NCBI GenBank assembly: GCA_942493215.1
Contig: OW818670.1
Coordinates: 1,350,077-1,414,076, forward strand
Reading direction: 5' to 3'
Origin: an uncultured Bacillota bacterium
GTDB taxonomy: Bacteria; Bacillota_I; Bacilli_A; RF39; UBA660
DNA length: 64,000 nucleotides
Positions 37,857-46,067 of this stretch are shown here, piece after piece. How positions within the stretch are numbered: the first letter of the stretch is position 1; each line of letters opens with the position of its first letter. The position numbers were made by a program, and so were the translations under genes. The notes below the pieces were generated by a model, which saw only the letters and a program-made list of their open reading frames with translations, had not been told where the DNA came from and ran no database searches.

Positions 37857-40755
37857 CTAAATCACCAAAATATTTTTTCATATCCGTACTTGATAAATGA
37901 AAAAAACTTTTTGTTGTTGATAGGACATATTTAGAACGTTCTTTAGCAAAATCTCTTAACTTTTCTATTTCTGTATTCCAACTCTTCATATCTAACCCCC
38001 AACGATTTCGTTCTTGCGGCATCTCTTTACTAATATTATTTACTATTTCATCAAGGCGTTTGGTAACATTAGTAGTTGTCCAAACATTTTTTAATTGATC
38101 ATGTAAATGGGTAAGATAAGTATCAACAAATTTCTTATTCTTAAATAAATTAGTTAATAATTCATTTGTATAGAGAGCAATATTTTCGGGATTAGAATCA
38201 GATCCAGTAATATATGTATAATAATTATGACGAATATTATACATAGCATTATCTAAATCATAAAAAACAAACTTCCATTTATTGTTTTCAATACTAGGAT
38301 TTTGAAAATATCTTACATTTACTATATCCCAATTAGCTGTCCATATCTCAGCAATCCAATAATCAATTAAATTATCAATATCAACTTTTTCTTTAACATA
38401 GTCATAATATTCATCTTTAGATAAGTCATGATTACGAATATATGACATTAAATTATTATAATTAGTAGAAATACCATCTTTTATATTACCATCAATTCTT
38501 AAAATATTAGTATTAGTAGAATCAACATTATAGTGATTGGCAATAAAATCTTCGTCTACTTTTTCCCTAATATCATATAAACCCCAATATTTACCATTAA
38601 TATAGACAACTGCAGTCTTATAAGCTTGAACATCAATATCAGTATAATCATCAACAATAGATGTCATTAAAATATCTCTTAGATAAGCATTATCATAATC
38701 TTGTGATCCTGATCGAAGAACTAAAGAATTAAAAGAAGAAAAATCACGATTACCAAATACTTGATAATTTAATTGACTAGCGCCATATTCTTTTTTAAAT
38801 TTAAGTTCATAACTTCGTTTAGGTAAGAATCTCGTCGATCCTCCAAATAATTGTAAACCACAAGGAATAGAAAAACCTTTATTACCATCATATAATTCCG
38901 CATACGCTACTACTTCATAACTAGTTGAATTCATATTACTGTTTAAATTATTAAAATCACTGGGTTTAACGGTTATTGATAAGACGGGTAAAGAATGTTT
39001 ACCATTAACAATATAAGTTTCTGTAAGCGTATTACCATTATACTTATTACTTTCAATATTAACAGCTTTTAAAACCGTTGTTTTACTTAATAAAAGAGGA
39101 CCATTATATACACTAGAGTTAATGGTTGGATTACTACCATCTAATGTATAATGTATGGTCCCAGGAGCATCTAAAGTAACATTTATATTTTCAACATTAT
39201 TGTAAATACCACCATTAATAGATACAGAGGGTACATAAGAAACTTCTTGTAAACCATTATTGTTTGCTTGATTAGGAGTAGGACTACTATAATAGTAAAA
39301 ACCATTATTTGAGCTTCTTCCTAAACTATAACTGGTGGGAATATTAGATATAAATAAGGAATCAACCATATTATTATTATGATATAAATACAAAGCTTGA
39401 ATATCCCCTAAATTAAAGTTCGTATGAACATAACTATTATTAGTTAGATTTATATTGCCTGATGCCATAACTACATAATAAGCGCCTGGCTTTAAGACCT
39501 TATCAGGAAATTGCCATTTATATGGATCATCACTATTAGTCGATAAATAATATTCTTTTAAATTAATATCTTTTGTACCATTATTTTTTATTTCAATCCA
39601 ATCATAATACTGATTACCATTTTGTGGCAAATATTTAAAGTTACTACTCATTACTTCACTAATTATGATGTCTTTAGGATTAATTAAATATTTCTCACTA
39701 AATTTCTTTTTACCATCACTATCATTAGTAAAACCTGGACTAATCATACTAGATTGATAATACTTATTTTTGATATTAATTAAAGCTGTTCCATTGGGAA
39801 CATTGTTATAACTTACTTTATCAAGAATCTTATTATTTGATGAAAGGATAACTTCCCCTTTTTCTTTATTCAAAGTAAAAGTCGTATTTATCTCATCATT
39901 CTCGATTAAATTTAAACCTGATGTATACACAACTATAACTTCTTTAGGGCCTAAATTCATATCTGGTAATGACCATAAGAAGGGAGCATTAATACTATTA
40001 GATAAACAATAACCCTTAAGGTTTATGGTTTTATCAGTTGTATTGATAAGCTCAATATAGCCACTATAATCACCATTAAAATTCTTAAAATTACCTTTAT
40101 TGCGAGGTAAAACCTCATTTATTTTTATATCGCTGTTTAGGGCAACAATACTTTTTTGATATTCTTTTAAACCATCACCTGTATTAACAAATCCTGGAGT
40201 TGGACTAGTACTAATCTTCCATTGGCCCTCTAAATTACGATACATTACTTCATTTTTATTTAAAGAAGAAGTATTAATCGCATCAATTACTTTACCGGTA
40301 CTATTGCGTAGAACTAAATCTTCGCTACCTGAACTCTTTAATTTAAAGGATGCATATAATCCTGATTCTTTAGTACCTGATAAGTACACAATTAAATAAC
40401 CTTTAGATTTAATTGTTACATTAGGAAATACCCATTTAATCGCATTATTATTATCTGATAATGCATAATTAGTTAGATTTATATCATGACCTTTACCATT
40501 ATATAATTCAATCCAGTCATACAAATGACCTTTATCATCAATTAAAGTGCCACCATTATTACTCATAATCTCATTAATAATAAGTTTATTAACATTAGTG
40601 CTGCCACTTGTAGGTAGTTCTTCTTCTTCTAAACGATAGTTATAATTCTTCATAAAAAAAGAAAGAAGGAACGCTATGACAATTAAAATAATAGCTGGTC
40701 CAATATATTTAATATTCGCCTTGAAGTCTTTTTTATTGAATTTTACACTATTCAT
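37849..40755 (-). CDS. Membrane-anchored CotH-family kinase with three lamin-tail domains and an FN3-associated domain
   Basis: TM anchor; three I(N/S)E(I/V)...(W/Y)IE(L/I).N lamin-tail repeats; YTLDGS.P; LPVLSI, PKRSYELKF, YINGKYWGLYDIREK, YDLDNAM. Start placed at ATG 40755. Confidence 0.88.
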   Translation of the reverse strand: MNSVKFNKKDFKANIKYIGPAIILIVIAFLLSFFMKNYNYRLEEEELPTSGSTNVNKLIINEIMSNNGGTLIDDKGHLYDWIELYNGKGHDINLTNYALSDNNNAIKWVFPNVTIKSKGYLIVYLSGTKESGLYASFKLKSSGSEDLVLRNSTGKVIDAINTSSLNKNEVMYRNLEGQWKISTSPTPGFVNTGDGLKEYQKSIVALNSDIKINEVLPRNKGNFKNFNGDYSGYIELINTTDKTINLKGYCLSNSINAPFLWSLPDMNLGPKEVIVVYTSGLNLIENDEINTTFTLNKEKGEVILSSNNKILDKVSYNNVPNGTALINIKNKYYQSSMISPGFTNDSDGKKKFSEKYLINPKDIIISEVMSSNFKYLPQNGNQYYDWIEIKNNGTKDINLKEYYLSTNSDDPYKWQFPDKVLKPGAYYVVMASGNINLTNNSYVHTNFNLGDIQALYLYHNNNMVDSLFISNIPTSYSLGRSSNNGFYYYSSPTPNQANNNGLQEVSYVPSVSINGGIYNNVENINVTLDAPGTIHYTLDGSNPTINSSVYNGPLLLSKTTVLKAVNIESNKYNGNTLTETYIVNGKHSLPVLSITVKPSDFNNLNSNMNSTSYEVVAYAELYDGNKGFSIPCGLQLFGGSTRFLPKRSYELKFKKEYGASQLNYQVFGNRDFSSFNSLVLRSGSQDYDNAYLRDILMTSIVDDYTDIDVQAYKTAVVYINGKYWGLYDIREKVDEDFIANHYNVDSTNTNILRIDGNIKDGISTNYNNLMSYIRNHDLSKDEYYDYVKEKVDIDNLIDYWIAEIWTANWDIVNVRYFQNPSIENNKWKFVFYDLDNAMYNIRHNYYTYITGSDSNPENIALYTNELLTNLFKNKKFVDTYLTHLHDQLKNVWTTTNVTKRLDEIVNNISKEMPQERNRWGLDMKSWNTEIEKLRDFAKERSKYVLSTTKSFFHLSSTDMKKYFGDLDA

Positions 40756-40780
40756 ATCAATGCACTTCCTAATTATATCT

Positions 40781-40809
40781 ATCTTATCAAAATAGTATGC
40801 TTTTTTCAA
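40781..40809 (-). promoter_or_regulatory. sigmaA-like promoter of the CotH-VTC-DUF4956 operon
   Basis: TTGAAA, 17 bp spacer, TAAGAT with extended -10 TG. Confidence 0.45.
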
Positions 40810-41019
40810 TATAAAAAGTCGAAATATTGGAAAAATTAAAATAAACGTAAACCTCTAATTTTTGAATTTATCATAAAAAAAATCCCCAATGGATTTTCTA
40901 ACATAAAATAATCATTAATTCATAATGATTTCATTTATCTAATGGGACCAATACCAGTTTTATTTAATTTAGAAATAATCCCCTGCTCCATTATTCATGA
41001 TAGTAATCAAATGATTCAC

Positions 41020-41057
41020 AAAAAAAGTATAATGTAAATAAAGCACATTATACTTTT
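41020..41057. terminator. Intrinsic terminator after parE
   Basis: AAAAGTATAATGT-loop-ACATTATACTTTT, a 13-bp stem. Confidence 0.8.
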
Positions 41058-41088
41058 ATTTAATATTTAATAAAGATAGTTGATTAAA

Positions 41089-42999
41089 CTAATTTATATT
41101 ATAATTATCTTCTAATGAGAACTCAACATTCTCTTCAATCCATTCTTTACGAGGTTCTACATTATCACCCATCAGAACAGATACTCTTTTTTCAGCTAAA
41201 GCTGCATCCGTAATATTAACTTTTATTAAACTTCTAGTAGCGGGATTCATTGTTGTTTCCCATAATTGATCAGCATTCATTTCACCTAGTCCTTTATATC
41301 TTTGAACTTCCGGTTTGGGACCTTTCATATTATCACTAATACGCTTACGTTCCTCATCACTCCAGGCATAAACCATTTGTTTACCTGATGTAATTTTATA
41401 TAAAGGTGGCAACGCAATATAAAGTTTACCAGCCTCAATTAATGGTTTCATATACCGATAGAAAAATGTTAATAATAATATTTGAATATGTGCTCCATCA
41501 TCATCAGCATCGGTCATAATAATTACTTTATCATAATTAGCTTCTTTAATATCAAAGTCACTACCAACACCAGCACCTACTGTATGAATAATAGTATTAA
41601 TTTCTTCATTTTTTAATATTTCATCAAGTTTAGCTTTCTCAGTATTTATGACTTTTCCTCGTAATGGTAAAATAGCTTGAAATTTACGATCACGACCCTG
41701 TTTAGCGGAACCTCCAGCGGAATCTCCCTCTACTAAGAATAACTCATTGATAGCAGGATTTCGTGATTGAGCAGGGGTTAATTTACCACTAAGAGCTCGT
41801 TCTTTCTTATTCTTATCATTGCCTTTTCTTGCTTCATCACGAGCCTTACGAGCAGCTTCTCTAACAAATTTACTTTTAACCATCTTATCCATAATACGCG
41901 AAGCAATCTCTTTATTCTCTTCTAGAAAATATTGTAATTTTTCGGTAACAATACTTTCAACTACCGTTCTAGCTTCACTTGTCCCTAATTTAGCTTTTGT
42001 TTGACCCTCAAATTGTAAAATATTTTCAGGTATTTGTAAACTAATAATCGCGGTTAAGCCTTCCCTAGTATCATTACCTTCTAAATTTTTATCTTTATCT
42101 TTAAGATATTTATTTTCTCTACTATAATCATTAAAGACTCTAGTCAGAGCACTTTTAAAACCAACTTCATGCGTACCACCATCATTAGTTTTAACATTAT
42201 TAACAAAAGAGATAATATTTTCAGCATAAGTATCCGTATATTGAAATGCTACTTCGACATTAATACTGTCTTTTAGACCACTAAAACTAACTACTTTATG
42301 TAATTCATCTTTACCATCATTTAAGTAACTAACAAATGATTGTAAACCATTTTCATAATGATATATCTCTTGTTTTTTATCTATTTCATCATATACTTCA
42401 ATAGTTAGTTCTTTTAACAAAAAGGCACATTCTTGCATTCTTTCACATATCGTTGTAAATGAAAACGGAACATTGCCAAATATTTCAGGATCAGGCATAA
42501 ATCTTACTTTTGTACCAGTTTTATTAGTTTTATCAAGTCTTTGTAAGGGAACTTTAGTATTACCACCATTTTCAAAACGAATATAGTGTTCATAACCATC
42601 TTTTTTAATGTTTACTTCCATCCATTTACTTAAAGCATTAACTACCGATGCACCTACACCATGTAAGCCACCTGATACTTTATAACCGCCACTTTCAAAT
42701 TTACCACCGGCATGCAAAACCGTATAAACAACTTCTGGTGTTGAAATACCACTACTGTGCATACCAACCGGAACCCCTCGTCCTTCATCTTCAACACTAA
42801 TACTATTATCAGCATAAAGAACAATTTTTATCTTTTTACCAAAACCATTTATAACTTCATCAATACTATTATCAACTATTTCCCATACTAAATGATGAAG
42901 GCCTCGTTTATCCGTTGAACCGATATACATACCAGGACGTTTACGTACTGCCTCTAAGCCTTCTAATATTTTAATGGAACTTTCGTCATACTTTATCAT
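41089..42999 (-). CDS. parE: DNA topoisomerase IV subunit B
   Basis: LEGLEAVRKRPGMYIGST, LHGVGASVVNALS, VEGDSAGGSAK, MTDADDDG, and the ParE-type end VEPRKEWIEENVEFSLE. Confidence 0.93.
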   Translation of the reverse strand: MIKYDESSIKILEGLEAVRKRPGMYIGSTDKRGLHHLVWEIVDNSIDEVINGFGKKIKIVLYADNSISVEDEGRGVPVGMHSSGISTPEVVYTVLHAGGKFESGGYKVSGGLHGVGASVVNALSKWMEVNIKKDGYEHYIRFENGGNTKVPLQRLDKTNKTGTKVRFMPDPEIFGNVPFSFTTICERMQECAFLLKELTIEVYDEIDKKQEIYHYENGLQSFVSYLNDGKDELHKVVSFSGLKDSINVEVAFQYTDTYAENIISFVNNVKTNDGGTHEVGFKSALTRVFNDYSRENKYLKDKDKNLEGNDTREGLTAIISLQIPENILQFEGQTKAKLGTSEARTVVESIVTEKLQYFLEENKEIASRIMDKMVKSKFVREAARKARDEARKGNDKNKKERALSGKLTPAQSRNPAINELFLVEGDSAGGSAKQGRDRKFQAILPLRGKVINTEKAKLDEILKNEEINTIIHTVGAGVGSDFDIKEANYDKVIIMTDADDDGAHIQILLLTFFYRYMKPLIEAGKLYIALPPLYKITSGKQMVYAWSDEERKRISDNMKGPKPEVQRYKGLGEMNADQLWETTMNPATRSLIKVNITDAALAEKRVSVLMGDNVEPRKEWIEENVEFSLEDNYNIN

Positions 43000-43048
43000 G
43001 TTTACCACCAATTCTATTATATCAAATTATTACCGTTATTATCAAGTT

Positions 43049-43228
43049 CTAACTTTTTGGCATATAAATAACCATCGCCGAAAAACAAAAAATCTGTTCT
43101 TCCGAAAATACACCAATTGCCACTTGATACTTAATTTCAATTACTTCGCCTTCGCATTCATTTAAAAACTTATTAACAGCAGCCTCTAAATCTTTCTCAT
43201 GATTCTCATCAAATAATTTAACTTTCAT
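43049..43228 (-). CDS. cse60: Sporulation protein Cse60 family, 59 aa (not in ORF track)
   Basis: MKVKLFDENHEKDLEAAVNKFLNECEGEVIEIKYQVAIGVFSEEQIFCFSAMVIYMPKS; GGTGA SD. Confidence 0.85.
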   Translation of the reverse strand: MKVKLFDENHEKDLEAAVNKFLNECEGEVIEIKYQVAIGVFSEEQIFCFSAMVIYMPKS

Positions 43229-43252
43229 TTTATCACCGACTAAATTCTAACA

Positions 43253-43735
43253 TTATTTTAGGCTAGAATTTGTCGATGTAACAACATAGTATTTAGTATA
43301 TACTTTATCATTTAAGGAATACTCAATTAAAATTTTAAAAGTTGTATTATTAACAACATTATTGTCTAGATAACCAGTAAGAATTATTCCCTTACTAAAG
43401 TTTTCTTTTAGAGAACTGGCTAAATTAACAGAATCATCAACTATACCAAGACTTGGAAATATATCATCCGTCTTTTTATTATGAATAACAATAGCTTTAA
43501 CATTATACAATAAATATTGCGGTTTATCAATAATTACTTGATACATTGCTTTTTCTTCTGTTAATTTTTTAATAGAAATATTAATATTAAATGGTAGATC
43601 ATTACTACTTTCGGTAATATTAGTCAATTTTTTAACATACAAGTCATATTCATCTTCAATACGATTTTGATTACTACATCCACTCAAACATAATAACAAA
43701 ATTAATAATAAATATAAACAAAATCTTTTATACAT
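43253..43735 (-). CDS. Lipoprotein of unknown function
   Basis: LLLCLSGC lipobox; co-oriented with its neighbours. Confidence 0.65.
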   Translation of the reverse strand: MYKRFCLYLLLILLLCLSGCSNQNRIEDEYDLYVKKLTNITESSNDLPFNINISIKKLTEEKAMYQVIIDKPQYLLYNVKAIVIHNKKTDDIFPSLGIVDDSVNLASSLKENFSKGIILTGYLDNNVVNNTTFKILIEYSLNDKVYTKYYVVTSTNSSLK

Positions 43736-43743
43736 TTTATCAC

Positions 43744-44379
43744 CTAATCCCGTAATTCTTTTCTTATTTTTTTATAATTAGGTACATATTTACTAACTAA
43801 ATTCCAAAAATTAGCTGAATGATCAAAATATACAAAATGCGATAATTCATGAATAATAACATAATCAATTTTACTAATATCATACTTTATTAAATCAAGA
43901 TTAAGGGTAATCGATTTATCTTTACGATTACATACACCCCATCTTGTTTTCATCTTCCTTATTTTTAATTTAGGGAAAGCAATATTTTCTTGAAAAGTAT
44001 CATACATTATTTTTAGTCTTTGTTCAAAAATAATTTTTGCTTCCACATTATAAAATTTAATAAGATCTTTACTTTCTCGAATATAAATCTTTTTATTTAT
44101 TTTATCTATATCTTCATAACTGTTTGTTAATATAATATCGTATTTTTCACCTAAATATAAATTATAATTATTACGTTCTTGTTTATTAGACTGCTTAAGA
44201 AGCATTTTACGTAAATAATCAGCATTATCATTTAATAATTTATATATTTGTTCTTTACTAACAAATCGATTAGCCGTTACACAAATTTTTAAATCTTCCG
44301 ATATCCGAATATATATATTTTTATTTCTTTTCCTAATTATTTCAACTATATATTCTTTATCATCTAATACATATTTCAT
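43744..44379 (-). CDS. YgjP/DUF45 (M48-like) zinc metallohydrolase
   Basis: KMKTRWGVCN, DYVIIHELSHFVYFDHS..FW. Confidence 0.88.
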   Translation of the reverse strand: MKYVLDDKEYIVEIIRKRNKNIYIRISEDLKICVTANRFVSKEQIYKLLNDNADYLRKMLLKQSNKQERNNYNLYLGEKYDIILTNSYEDIDKINKKIYIRESKDLIKFYNVEAKIIFEQRLKIMYDTFQENIAFPKLKIRKMKTRWGVCNRKDKSITLNLDLIKYDISKIDYVIIHELSHFVYFDHSANFWNLVSKYVPNYKKIRKELRD

Positions 44380-44418
44380 ATTCTTACCTCAATTGTATTT
44401 TACCATGATTAGACCAAT

Positions 44419-44450
44419 AAAAACAAGTATTAAAGGTTAATACTTGTTTT
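44419..44450. terminator. Intrinsic terminator after the 44462-46039 gene
   Basis: AAAACAAGTATTAA-loop-TAATACTTGTTTT. Confidence 0.8.
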
Positions 44451-44461
44451 AAATTAATAAT

Positions 44462-46039
44462 TTAATATATTTGGATTAGAAAAACATGACCAGTATTATT
44501 AACAGCAAATAAATGATTATTGTCTACTATCTTAATATCAATAATATTCTTAATAGTAAGTGATAAATCTAGTTTACTATTATATATACTAAGAACACTA
44601 TCAACATTTATTTTGTAATATGATTTACCAAATAATTGTAGCCCAGAAATAACCTTATTTTCTATTAATTTACTGTTTACCATATCAATGGTCAACATTG
44701 TACTATAAAAGGTTCTTTTATCACTAGCTGACCCGCCGTTGTTACCTTCTGAATAAATGGCTTCAACATCATAATAATTATTGTTATATTGATTTTTTCT
44801 TAATTGAATATCAACACTAGTCGCATTATTATTTGTAATTCCCATTGTTCCGATAAGCTGATTATTACTATTATAAAAATTATAATTATTATTGTTTTTT
44901 TGATATAGAATTACCATATTATCTATATCATCAATTAATAATTCTCTATTTTCATATTTTTGTATACCACCATTATTTTTAATAATACTAGTTGTACTAG
45001 AATTACCTATATATAAATTATTATTAATGTCTAAATATATTTTATAGTCTGATATGTCGCCATTAAACTCAGCAACTACTTTATGATCTTTCTCAATCAT
45101 AATCTTATTATCTTTTACTAATACATTATACTCACCATATGGAACATACCACAAGTAATTATCTTTTATTTTTGCACCAGTAATATTATAAACCGAATAT
45201 AAATTGTTTTTTGATAAAGCCACTTCATTTAAATCTTTATTAATAATAGCATAATCATAAATAACATCAAATATTATCTTTCCATTTCTATCAATAAGAC
45301 CGTATTTATTATTACTATTAATTGCAATAAAATATTTATCACTTTGGATTTCAATTAAATTAAAGCCTGATTCTGATACTTCTTCAAAATATTTACTTTG
45401 ATTTAATTTTAAACTATTTAAAGAAATTAGCTTTTCCATCTTATCATCAAGCAAATATATACTATTTATGCCATCATTTGATACGTTAATACCATAATAT
45501 TTTTTATCTAGTATCAATAAATTAACACTATCAACTGTTAATAATACTTTACCAGTGTTAACATCATATATTAAGTATTTATTACCTATTTTAGTAATAT
45601 AGTAATTGGATATATCATAATCACAATTATAAGTATCATCAAACAGTTTGACACCATCTAAATATAAATATTTTGAATTTTTATCTTTATCATCCTTATA
45701 TACTCGTAACATATTACTCATCATCGGATTACCATCAAAGCTAGTTATTTGATTCTTATTTCTTATTAAATAATAGTTTTTGTCAATACCTTTTAAATAA
45801 TAATTACCATATAATACTTTAAATTCTATCTTTGAACTATCTATTTGTTTAAAATTATTATCAAGTAAGAAGTAATCTTTACCACTTCTTACTTGATTTA
45901 TACCATCCATATTACTAATCAGTTGATCATATTCCTTGATAATTTTTGCTCCCGATTTATTATAAAAAATAATGGACAAAACTACACTAACAACTAGAAT
46001 AAAAACTATGATCATAATATATGTTTTTTTATCTTTCAA
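44462..46039 (-). CDS. Membrane-anchored beta-rich protein with a WG-like repeat
   Basis: TTG start after GGAGG; N-terminal TM; NNKYGLIDRNGKIIFDVIYD; many short beta-strand-like repeats. Confidence 0.6.
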   Translation of the reverse strand: MKDKKTYIMIIVFILVVSVVLSIIFYNKSGAKIIKEYDQLISNMDGINQVRSGKDYFLLDNNFKQIDSSKIEFKVLYGNYYLKGIDKNYYLIRNKNQITSFDGNPMMSNMLRVYKDDKDKNSKYLYLDGVKLFDDTYNCDYDISNYYITKIGNKYLIYDVNTGKVLLTVDSVNLLILDKKYYGINVSNDGINSIYLLDDKMEKLISLNSLKLNQSKYFEEVSESGFNLIEIQSDKYFIAINSNNKYGLIDRNGKIIFDVIYDYAIINKDLNEVALSKNNLYSVYNITGAKIKDNYLWYVPYGEYNVLVKDNKIMIEKDHKVVAEFNGDISDYKIYLDINNNLYIGNSSTTSIIKNNGGIQKYENRELLIDDIDNMVILYQKNNNNYNFYNSNNQLIGTMGITNNNATSVDIQLRKNQYNNNYYDVEAIYSEGNNGGSASDKRTFYSTMLTIDMVNSKLIENKVISGLQLFGKSYYKINVDSVLSIYNSKLDLSLTIKNIIDIKIVDNNHLFAVNNTGHVFLIQIY

Positions 46040-46067
46040 AATAATACACCTCCATATAGGCATTTAA

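Noticed and set aside
41819-43165. Plus-strand ORFs 41819-42004 and 42974-43165
   Set aside because: Antisense to parE and cse60.
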